From contig JAVBRD010000019.1 of the NCBI GenBank assembly GCA_031548365.1, forward strand, positions 84,511-148,510: 64,000 bases of DNA. Direction: 5' to 3'. The notes beneath the pieces are model-generated. The model was not told where the DNA came from and ran no database searches. It was given only the letters and a program-made list of their open reading frames with translations. This document shows positions 29,671 to 37,197 of this stretch, in pieces (the stretch's first letter is position 1; each line of letters begins with the position of its first letter). The stretch is from Eubacteriales bacterium. GTDB lineage: Bacteria > Bacillota > Clostridia > Christensenellales > UBA1750. The position numbers and the translations under genes are program-made.

Positions 29671-31179
29671 ATGGCCGAAGACCGGGAAAAGACAACCCCC
29701 AAGGAGTCTCCGATCTTAGAGCCGCTCAAAAAAGAGCGCAAAGTCCGCAAGCTGCCGTTCGCGTGGACGCTCATCATCGCCGTGGTCGCTGTCGCGGCGG
29801 CCGTTGGCGGCGTGTTCCTCTCCATCAACTTCACGCCGCCCGAGCCCGAAGCGCCCGAGTATGTCGACAAGAGCCTGATGCCGGGTAAGACGCGCAACGA
29901 CGTCACGTCCGTCGCCATCACCTCCGCGGAGGGCACGCTGGTTGTTCTGCGCGACGCCGAGGGCAAGTTCTATGTCCAAGGCAGCGACGCGCCCATCAAC
30001 CAGACCGAGGGCGCGGACGTGTTCTACAGCGCGGCGACCGTCTCCTACGAAGTCATCGTGGAGAAAAACCCCAAGGACCTCTCCGTGTATGGGCTGGACA
30101 AGCCCACCGGCCAAGCCGTGTGCGTTTACACCGACGGCTCAACAAAGACGTTCATTGTGGGCAACAAGACAAGCGTTGGTTCGACATACTACCTGATGAT
30201 GTCGGGCGACGACACGGTGTACACCGTTTGGACCAACCACGGCGAAACCTTCGCCTCCACCATGTCCGATTTGTACGAGGCGCAGCTCGCGGCTCCGGCG
30301 GCCGACCAGCTCGCCACGGTCAAAGTTGAGCGCAAGGGAGAACCCGCCATTTCGCTTGAGAATGTCGCGGGATCCAAGACCGCGGTCACGCTCGCCGTAT
30401 GGCGCATGCACGCCCCCTATGAGATCGACTGCGACTGGGAAAAAACGGATCCCTACACCACGGCGGCCGCTTCGCTCAAGTTCAAGCGCTACGTCTCCTC
30501 CTCTCCCGATGTCAAGGAGTATGGGCTGGATGAGCCGGTCGCGCGCGTAACGGTCCTCGACAAACAGGGCGTGGGATACGACGTGGAAATCGGCGGTTCC
30601 GCCGAGTATTCCAGCGTCTACGCGCGCAAGGTCGGCACGCCCGAGGTGTTCACCATGGATGCGAATCTGACATCCTTCCTCGCGACGAAGCCGCTCGGCC
30701 TGATCGACCGGTTCGTCAGCATCATCAAAATTGACGCGATCGATTCGCTGACCTTGAGCATTCAGGGGCAGCCCGACCAGGAGCTCAGCATCGTCCGGAA
30801 GCCCGAGTTCGACGAAAAGGGCGAGCGCGTCAAGAACGCAGGCGGAGAGCCGACGTATGTCGAGACGTTCTTCCTGGGCAGCGAAGAAGTGCAGGCCAAG
30901 GCGTTTAAGACCTACTATCAGGTGCTCATCGGGCGCGTAATCGACGGAGTGGCCGAGAAGCCTCTCCCCGGCGGAGAGCCCATGGTCAAGATGGTCTTCC
31001 ACCGCCGCGACGGAACCGGCGCGGACGTTGTCACCGAATTCCTTCCCTACGATCGTGACTTCTACGCCGTCTCCCGGGACGGCTCCGACCCGCTCTTTGT
31101 GATTCGCAAAGAGCGCGTGGATGAGATCATCGACGGCCTGACCAAACTCAAAAACGGCGACTACAACGAAAAAGAATAG
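29671..31179 (+). CDS. DUF4340-like membrane-anchored protein (fourth gene of the ABC-2/GldG module)
   Basis: N-terminal TM, then repeated beta-rich domains. It is adjacent to the GldG-like gene, which is the usual DUF4340 context. Confidence 0.55.
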   Translation: MAEDREKTTPKESPILEPLKKERKVRKLPFAWTLIIAVVAVAAAVGGVFLSINFTPPEPEAPEYVDKSLMPGKTRNDVTSVAITSAEGTLVVLRDAEGKFYVQGSDAPINQTEGADVFYSAATVSYEVIVEKNPKDLSVYGLDKPTGQAVCVYTDGSTKTFIVGNKTSVGSTYYLMMSGDDTVYTVWTNHGETFASTMSDLYEAQLAAPAADQLATVKVERKGEPAISLENVAGSKTAVTLAVWRMHAPYEIDCDWEKTDPYTTAAASLKFKRYVSSSPDVKEYGLDEPVARVTVLDKQGVGYDVEIGGSAEYSSVYARKVGTPEVFTMDANLTSFLATKPLGLIDRFVSIIKIDAIDSLTLSIQGQPDQELSIVRKPEFDEKGERVKNAGGEPTYVETFFLGSEEVQAKAFKTYYQVLIGRVIDGVAEKPLPGGEPMVKMVFHRRDGTGADVVTEFLPYDRDFYAVSRDGSDPLFVIRKERVDEIIDGLTKLKNGDYNEKE

Positions 31180-31187
31180 CCGCTCCC

Positions 31188-31213
31188 GAAACGCCCGGTA
31201 ACGGGCGTTTCGG
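31188..31213 (+). terminator. Hairpin terminator after the ABC-2 module
   Basis: CCGAAACGCCCG-GTAA-CGGGCGTTTCGG, a perfect 12-bp stem, followed only by a short T stretch. Confidence 0.5.
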
Positions 31214-31259
31214 ATTGCCGGGGACGAAACTTATCGCACAAAACACATCTTATCGGCGG

Positions 31260-31287
31260 CCCAAACGCCCACATCCGGGTGTTTGGG
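31260..31287. promoter_or_regulatory. Inverted repeat (possible operator) just upstream of the XRE-S24 repressor gene
   Basis: CCCAAAC-gcccacatccgggt-GTTTGGG, 24 nt upstream of the start codon. Confidence 0.35.
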
Positions 31288-31310
31288 CGCGGTCGACCAC
31301 GGAGGGTAAC

Positions 31311-32018
31311 ATGAGCCGTCTGGGCGATATGCTCAAGAAAGAACGCTTATCCCGCAACCTGACACCCAAACAGGCGGCCAAGCTTTGCGGTGTCAAAGAT
31401 GGCTATCTGACGGACGTTGAAGAAGGCCGCCGCATCATCGCGGACGGTGAGGCGGCCCGCATGCTCAAGCGCATGGGCGCAAGCGCCGATGTCTCCGCCG
31501 ACATGGGCGTGGAGCTGGAAGCCGCGCTCGCGCCCGAAGCGGCCTCCGCATCGCGCGGGGAGGCGAAACCCGCTCCACAGGCGCGCGCAGAGGCCAAGGT
31601 TTCCGCCGCCGTCGCCTCCGACGATTGGCTGGACGCGCTCAAGAGCGTGCTGCGCCGCGTGCCCGTGTACACCGAGTCGGGCACCACGCTCGTGCTCAAA
31701 AACGTGGCCGCGGTGGGCGGCACCATTGAGGGCGCGCCCGCTGAAAAAGTTTTCTACTACCTGCTGCCCGATGATTCGCTCTCCGGGCAACGGCTCACAA
31801 AGGGCGACCTTTTGCTCTGCGTTCCGCCCGCGCCCACAGACGACGACCGCATCATGGTCCTGAAACACAACGGTTTGGTGCTCGCGCGCCGCGTCAAGCG
31901 CCTGGAAGGCAACCGATACCTGCTCATGTCGCTCGACCGAGAAATGCACAGCCAGACCGTTGCGACGTCCGACGTCACCCTCATGGGCCGCGCGGTCCGC
32001 GCCGAGATCGAACTGTAG
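31311..32018 (+). CDS. XRE-family HTH transcriptional regulator with a C-terminal S24 (LexA/phage-repressor-like) peptidase domain
   Basis: N-terminal HTH (LTPKQAAKLCGVKDGYLTDVEEG). The C-terminal beta domain carries the candidate nucleophile DDSLSG and Lys VKRLEG, and the GDLLLCVP..IMVLKHNG..RRVKRL..LLMS pattern resembles the LexA catalytic core. GGAGGG RBS. Confidence 0.65.
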   Translation: MSRLGDMLKKERLSRNLTPKQAAKLCGVKDGYLTDVEEGRRIIADGEAARMLKRMGASADVSADMGVELEAALAPEAASASRGEAKPAPQARAEAKVSAAVASDDWLDALKSVLRRVPVYTESGTTLVLKNVAAVGGTIEGAPAEKVFYYLLPDDSLSGQRLTKGDLLLCVPPAPTDDDRIMVLKHNGLVLARRVKRLEGNRYLLMSLDREMHSQTVATSDVTLMGRAVRAEIEL

Positions 32019-32258
32019 CTTTTTCCATGACTAGCGGGCGCGTTTCGGGGCATTCTGTTGACGAAAGCATTTGGTGCGGATGCCGCGGCGGGGTTTTAGC
32101 TCGCCACCAGCAGCAGCCGCGGCGAATACTTTTGACATACCGTCCCTCCCACGCGGGCAGGATGAAAGAAACGCTCCGAACAATTCTCGGAGCGTTTCTT
32201 TGCGTCTGGCGGGCGATATCACGAGCGCGGCGAACGAAAAGGGTCGGGAGGCGGCGGC

Positions 32259-32768
32259 ATGGGCAAAATCATCAAAGACGGCTACACCTTTGTGGCGTAC
32301 GCGAACGCGCGGCTGATCCGCAACATCCAGGACATCCCCGAGCTCAAGAACGATCTCATCGCGCTGAGCGAGGGGCTGACGCACGCGCACATGGCCCAGT
32401 ACGCGCGCCTGCTTGCCCGCCATGTGCTGGAGATCGGGAACATGGAGCGCACCGAGGCGGTCGACGCCGCACTTGACGTCAACACCCGGTGGCTGCGGGG
32501 AGAGATGAGCGTCAAGGCCGCGCTCGAAATTGCGGGCGCGCTCAACGACCTCGCGCGCGCGGAAAAGGACCAAGTCACCGTCAAAGCGCTGCGTGCGTTG
32601 GGGCAGATCGCCGCGACGCCGCACGTCAGGTGGCACCCGCTCGTCGCGTCGGAGTATGCCGTCGTGGTGGTCAACCTCACGCACCCCAATGATCTTGATA
32701 AAGTCAGGGAAGAACGCGAGACGCAGATCGCGCTCATGGAAAGCGCTCGTGTCACGCCCGGCTCTTGA
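32259..32768 (+). CDS. All-alpha protein resembling polymorphic-toxin immunity proteins (Imm-like, HEAT-like Ala-rich repeats)
   Basis: The pattern W..GE..V.AALEIAGALNDLARAE..VTVKALRALGQIAATPHVRWH..ASEYAVVVV matches the family's usual AARAA..RAAG.AAAT.H..HA..AA.YA layout. GGGAGG RBS. Confidence 0.45.
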   Translation: MGKIIKDGYTFVAYANARLIRNIQDIPELKNDLIALSEGLTHAHMAQYARLLARHVLEIGNMERTEAVDAALDVNTRWLRGEMSVKAALEIAGALNDLARAEKDQVTVKALRALGQIAATPHVRWHPLVASEYAVVVVNLTHPNDLDKVREERETQIALMESARVTPGS

Positions 32769-33696
32769 GCCACCGATCCACCCTCTGGTAAAGCGCGCCC
32801 TCCGGCTCCGTGTTCGCGGCGAAAAACTCCAGGGTTTGCGCGCGGAGCGTCTGTCCATCCACTAAAACCAGGTCGGTGTTGTTGTAGAGAAACTCGTCCG
32901 TGTCGTCGCCGGGCACATCGCCATAGAACATGCACCGCACCTTCATGCCTTGGAACCGCGCATCAAAATACTTGAAGTTGTTTGCAAACTTTGTGTCCGC
33001 CTCACCATCGTAACCGAAAATTTCCGCCACCCTCCGTTCATCGTTCCACTTGAACGTCACGCAAATTTTATCAAGCTTGAACTCCAGTCCGTGGGCGAAG
33101 ACCATCGTCTTTCCGTCCACTTTGTATGCAAGGCCCGCTTCGTCGAGCCTGTTTCCGAGCGCCAGCAGCATTTTCCAGTCTTCCTTGAACTCCATGTCCC
33201 TGATCGAAATTTCGTGCGTTTTGACACCGGTCTCCATGGTCATTCCTCCTTTGGTCGTCGTGGGGCCATGATAACAGGTATCTCGTCGGTTATCCTGTCC
33301 GTCCGAGCGTGAATCTGTCGCGAACCCACCCCGGATGTCGACACGAATGTCAAGCGGCTGAAACATTTTTATCTCGGGGAAAACCCTGCGCACAAAGCCC
33401 GGCGGAAAGCCGTGAAAGCGCGCGAACGCTTTGGCGAAGGCTTCGGGCGTCTCGTAGCCGTATTGGTAAGCCAGGTCGACGATCCGAGCGTCGGTCGTTT
33501 TGAGCGCCTGTCCCGCGAGGGATAGGCGTCTGTTGCGGACGTACTCCATGACCGGGATGCCACACACAGCCTTGAACAAGCTGTTGAGAGAGGAAACGGA
33601 CACATAGAAATGTTTCGCGATGAGGGCGGGCGTCAACGGCTCCAGGAGGTTTTCTTCCAAATAGGCGATGATCTTCCGCAAATCCATTGCTCCCAT
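32752..33696 (-). CDS. AraC-family transcriptional regulator (N-terminal HTH, C-terminal uncharacterised domain)
   Basis: AraC signature IAKHFYVSVSSLNSLFK..GIPVMEYVRNRRL..A..L..TDARIVDLAYQYGYETPEAFAKAFARFHGFPP. I placed the start at MGAMDLRK after a GGAAGGAGG RBS. Its 3' end overlaps the 3' end of the previous gene by 17 nt, convergently. Confidence 0.8.
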   Translation of the reverse strand: MGAMDLRKIIAYLEENLLEPLTPALIAKHFYVSVSSLNSLFKAVCGIPVMEYVRNRRLSLAGQALKTTDARIVDLAYQYGYETPEAFAKAFARFHGFPPGFVRRVFPEIKMFQPLDIRVDIRGGFATDSRSDGQDNRRDTCYHGPTTTKGGMTMETGVKTHEISIRDMEFKEDWKMLLALGNRLDEAGLAYKVDGKTMVFAHGLEFKLDKICVTFKWNDERRVAEIFGYDGEADTKFANNFKYFDARFQGMKVRCMFYGDVPGDDTDEFLYNNTDLVLVDGQTLRAQTLEFFAANTEPEGALYQRVDRWLKSRA

Positions 33697-33759
33697 CGTG
33701 GGCCTCCTTCCAGCGACAGATACACGTATTATAACTTGCGGAGGCGTATCCGCAATGTC

Positions 33760-34125
33760 ATTGGGCATCTGCTTTTGTCTGTGGGCGTGAAAAAGGACAC
33801 GGACTGCCGCGTCCTTTCCGCACGCCGACAAAATCCGCGTCCGTCTTCGCCGTGCTTACTCAGAAGATCCGCAAGAGATCCGTAAGAACCCGCAGGTTCT
33901 TTTGACTGTCGACAAAACCTGGTTTTGTCTCCGTCGCGCTTGCCCCCGTAAACCCGCATGAACCCACAGGTTCTTGCGACAAAACGCGGCGTAGGTTTTG
34001 ACGATATACGCGTCAAAACCTACGCTCCCGATTCACCATATCGACGGATCCCAAACGGCGGCGAAGGGGTCTCACCCCGACAGGACACGGGCTACCGCGT
34101 CCTTTTTGGTTCCGTGCGGTGCGTC
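33760..34125. repeat. Copies B1 and B2 of the dispersed intergenic repeat, plus two internal terminator-like hairpins
   Basis: gtaagaacccgcaggttcttttgactgtcgacaaaacctggttttgtc and catgaacccacaggttcttgcgacaaaacgcggcgtaggttttgacg-atatacg-cgtcaaaacctacgc; the latter is a perfect 15-bp palindrome. Direct-repeat hairpins GGACACGGACTGCCGCGTCC+TTTCC (33795 to 33819) and GGACACGGGCTACCGCGTCC+TTTTTGG (34083 to 34109) are both oriented on the plus strand. Confidence 0.65.
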
Positions 34126-34126
34126 C

Positions 34127-35131
34127 CTACGGCTTAGCGGTAATGGTCACGCTCCCCGATGTCGTGCTCGCGTTCACGCTTCGCGCGCCGTCGCCCGCGG
34201 TCGCGGACCGGTTTCGCTGGCCGCTCGCCGCCACGCCGGGGAAGTGAAGGTTGAGGCTTCCGCTCACGGTGTCAAGCTTGCAGGCAAACCCCGCGTCCTT
34301 GGGGAGCGTGAGCTTAAGGCCGCCGGACACGCTTGAAAAGTCGACGTCCGGCGCGCGCATGAGCTCGGCGTCGCAGCCGCCCGACGTCGAATCCATGTCG
34401 ATCGTCTCCGCCGAAAGGGCGCGCGCCGTCAGACCGCCGGAGACGGTGCTCATGTCCACGCGCGCGGCCGTCACGCCCAAAAGATCGAGCGACCCGCTCG
34501 TGGTATCCACAATCACGCTGGCGGCGGCGGAATCCGCGATGACCGCGGTTCCGCTCACCGCGGAGAAACGCAGGTCACCCGTGACGTTCAAGGCGGAGCC
34601 GTCCAGTTTGCCGCTGGTCGCTGACGCGCTGAGCGATGCCGCGCTGACGCCGGTGATTTGCGCATCGCCGGAGACGGTGGCGATCTTGACCTGTCCGAGG
34701 GCCGCGCGCGGCACCTTGATCTCCAGTGTTCCGTGCAGCTGCCCCGCACCCCCGATGTTGAGCTGTATGAGCGCGTCCTTGGCCGGAGAAACCTCGGTAA
34801 ACACGATCATTCCATCGCGCTTTTCGGCGCGCAGGTCGGGTGCGCGCCCCCGGGAGTCTACAAAACGGTGACCCCGAAACACGGCGGTGAGCGCCTGACC
34901 ATCGAAGGCTTCGATGCGCGTGTCAAACGAAACGCCGTCCACGCGCAGGCCGTCACCTTCGGAGAGATCAAAAGCGAAGTCCCGGCTGAAATCTTCTCGG
35001 CCTGAGGCGCCGCTTTCGGCGTCCGATGCCGTCCCCATGATCGTCGGCAACAGGAGCGCCCCTGTAACGGCAGCGCATGCCACAAACACAACCGCGAGCG
35101 CACATAGCAAAACCTGTTTGGGCCTGCTCAT
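34127..35131 (-). CDS. DUF4097 (LiaG/YvlB-like beta-helix putative adhesin) family membrane-anchored protein
   Basis: N-terminal TM (I placed the start at MSRPKQVLLCALAVVFV), followed by repeated G-S-x-T/V beta-strand repeats (TTSGSLDL.., STVSGGL.., TVSGSLNL) typical of DUF4097. Confidence 0.75.
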   Translation of the reverse strand: MSRPKQVLLCALAVVFVACAAVTGALLLPTIMGTASDAESGASGREDFSRDFAFDLSEGDGLRVDGVSFDTRIEAFDGQALTAVFRGHRFVDSRGRAPDLRAEKRDGMIVFTEVSPAKDALIQLNIGGAGQLHGTLEIKVPRAALGQVKIATVSGDAQITGVSAASLSASATSGKLDGSALNVTGDLRFSAVSGTAVIADSAAASVIVDTTSGSLDLLGVTAARVDMSTVSGGLTARALSAETIDMDSTSGGCDAELMRAPDVDFSSVSGGLKLTLPKDAGFACKLDTVSGSLNLHFPGVAASGQRNRSATAGDGARSVNASTTSGSVTITAKP

Positions 35132-35712
35132 CTCGCATCCCTCCGTCCGGATAACACTTTGGCATTGATTTGCACATAGGCGGCGGTCCACCCGGCGAGC
35201 CTGCGGCCAAGCGCGGCAACTCCAATAACGCACATCAGTCCGAGTGAGAGCGCGGCCAGCCCGCCGAAGAACGCCGGCCACGTTTGCGGAAAATATACAA
35301 ACGAAAGCGGGCGAACGCGGTCGATCAGCGAGCAGACCGCCGCCGCGAGACCGCTGACGACCATGGACACGGAGGCAGCGACGAGTGCGATCCACACTCC
35401 CAGCGCGGCGAGCCAAAGCGGGAGCACCAAGATGATGGTCAGCATACCCATGCCGACGGCGGACGCGACCGCGCGCGTGACATTGCGAAACGAAGGCTGG
35501 TCCTTGGCGATATCCGCCGCCTGAATCGCGGCGTACTCCCTGGCGAGCGCCCTCGGATCGCCCAGCATGGACGCGAGCGCGTCCTCGGAAACGCCCTCCG
35601 CCACGCCCTCTTCAAAATGGCGCGCGATGTCCTCGTAGATCTCCGCGCGGCGCGCCTCCGGCAGATGGCGCAGGCCCGCCGCGAGCTCCAGCATAAACAT
35701 GTCCCTGCTCAT
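35128..35712 (-). CDS. DUF1700 (HAAS-type) membrane protein partnered with PadR
   Basis: N-terminal helical domain (LRHLPEARRAEIYEDIARHFEEG) followed by TM helices. It overlaps both neighbours by 4 nt. Confidence 0.7.
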   Translation of the reverse strand: MSRDMFMLELAAGLRHLPEARRAEIYEDIARHFEEGVAEGVSEDALASMLGDPRALAREYAAIQAADIAKDQPSFRNVTRAVASAVGMGMLTIILVLPLWLAALGVWIALVAASVSMVVSGLAAAVCSLIDRVRPLSFVYFPQTWPAFFGGLAALSLGLMCVIGVAALGRRLAGWTAAYVQINAKVLSGRRDAR

Positions 35713-36035
35713 GCGTTGTTCCCCCCCTGAACGATTCCATCAACCGCGCGCACAAACCCGTTCCACTCGCAAAGCGTCTCTTCGTAGCGCGCCTGACCCG
35801 CCCCCGTTAGCTTGTGATACTTGCGGGGCGGGCCTTCACGCGATTCGGCAAGGTATGTCTCCACAAGACCCTCATCCTTTAAGCGTTTGAGCAGAGGGTA
35901 CACCGTGCCCTCCGACATCGCCACACCGCGCGAGACCTCGCTGACCAGCTCAAATCCATAGCAATCCTTCCGCGAAAGGCACGCCAGGATGCACAGATCG
36001 AGCACACCCTTTTTGAATTGCACATTCAACAGCAA
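35709..36035 (-). CDS. PadR family transcriptional regulator
   Basis: Winged-helix signature GVLDLCILACLSRKDCYGFEL...GTVYPLLKRLKDEGLVE. Confidence 0.9.
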   Translation of the reverse strand: MLLNVQFKKGVLDLCILACLSRKDCYGFELVSEVSRGVAMSEGTVYPLLKRLKDEGLVETYLAESREGPPRKYHKLTGAGQARYEETLCEWNGFVRAVDGIVQGGNNA

Positions 36036-36057
36036 TCACCTCTTGCACGCATCCTTG

Positions 36058-36084
36058 TTATGCATGATAGCTTATCATAAGCGG
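36058..36084. promoter_or_regulatory. Inverted repeat (candidate PadR operator) in the padR promoter region
   Basis: ATGATA-GCT-TATCAT, flanked by ATGCAT, 30 to 45 nt upstream of the padR start. Confidence 0.4.
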
Positions 36085-36249
36085 TTCCGAATGTCAATTT
36101 CAAAACAGTTCGCGAGGCATTCCATCGGGTATCAAGACCGGTCTCGTTGTGCGCGCCGACCGCCAAAGCCAACGCGTAGGAACGACAAAATAAAGCCGCC
36201 GCCCCCTTGATTAACCTCGGGGTTGGCGGCGGATTTGATCAGCGATACC

Positions 36250-37188
36250 CTAATAGACGACGTTTTCGATGCTCCCGTCCGCGCGGAAGCGCAGCGGCGA
36301 TATGCACACCTGCCGGTTGCCGCCGCCTTTCAAAGGATCAGCGTGGGTGTGGTACACGATGAGCGGCTCACCGTCCGGCGCTTCGGTGATGCTGTTGTGC
36401 CCCGGGCCCGACATGCGCGGGTAGTCGTGGGAGAGGATGGGGTTTCCCTCGTACTTCTGGTACGGCCCGAGCGGTGTCCGGCTCGTGGCGTAGCCCACGG
36501 CGTAGTGCTTGTCCTGATAGTGGTTGGCGGAAAAGAACATGTAGTACAGGCCGTTTCGTTTCATCAGGAAAGATCCTTCGTTCCATCTGCGCCCCGTGGT
36601 CTTCGCTGAACGATCTTCCCACGCCTGCTCGGGGCGGAGCAACAGCTGAAGTTCTCCCTTGATCGAGCGCATGTCGGGGGACAGCTCCGCGCCGTAGATC
36701 CAGCTCTCCTCGTAGTCCCCCACTTTGTGCTTGTAGCAGCAGCGCGAGCAGGTCAGGTACATTCGCCCGTCGTCGTCGATAAGAACGTTGGCGTCGATGA
36801 CGGGGAAACCCGGGTCAAACAGTGGTTGGCGGGCGACGTCGCGGAAGGGTCCGAGGGGAGAATCCGACACAGCCACGCCGATGCGAAAGGTCTCATCCTC
36901 CCCGTTCGGGTTGAGCTTGGTGTTCGCGCTGTAGAACAGATAATACCTGCCGTCCAGCTCTACGCACTCAGGCGCCCAGTAGCAGTCGAGGCTCCACGCG
37001 TCCGCGTCCGGCTCAAAGCACAGACCGCGGTCTTCCCAGCGCGCGAGATCGCGGGACGACCACACCTTAAAGCCGGTCTTGAAAGATGTCGCGTACAGAT
37101 AGTACGTCCCGGCGAAACGGGCGTCTCCGGGCTTCAGGATAAACGGATCGCCGATACCGGTGATGCTCAGGGGATTGACTAGCCGCAT
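36250..37188 (-). CDS. Glycoside hydrolase family 43 (beta-xylosidase / alpha-L-arabinofuranosidase-like, 5-bladed propeller), cytoplasmic
   Basis: N-terminal catalytic Asp motif GIGDPFI, propeller blade repeats (YYLYATS, YYLFYSAN, YYMFFSAN) and the catalytic Glu region WNEGSF. Confidence 0.85.
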   Translation of the reverse strand: MRLVNPLSITGIGDPFILKPGDARFAGTYYLYATSFKTGFKVWSSRDLARWEDRGLCFEPDADAWSLDCYWAPECVELDGRYYLFYSANTKLNPNGEDETFRIGVAVSDSPLGPFRDVARQPLFDPGFPVIDANVLIDDDGRMYLTCSRCCYKHKVGDYEESWIYGAELSPDMRSIKGELQLLLRPEQAWEDRSAKTTGRRWNEGSFLMKRNGLYYMFFSANHYQDKHYAVGYATSRTPLGPYQKYEGNPILSHDYPRMSGPGHNSITEAPDGEPLIVYHTHADPLKGGGNRQVCISPLRFRADGSIENVVY

Positions 37189-37197
37189 GTGACCCTC

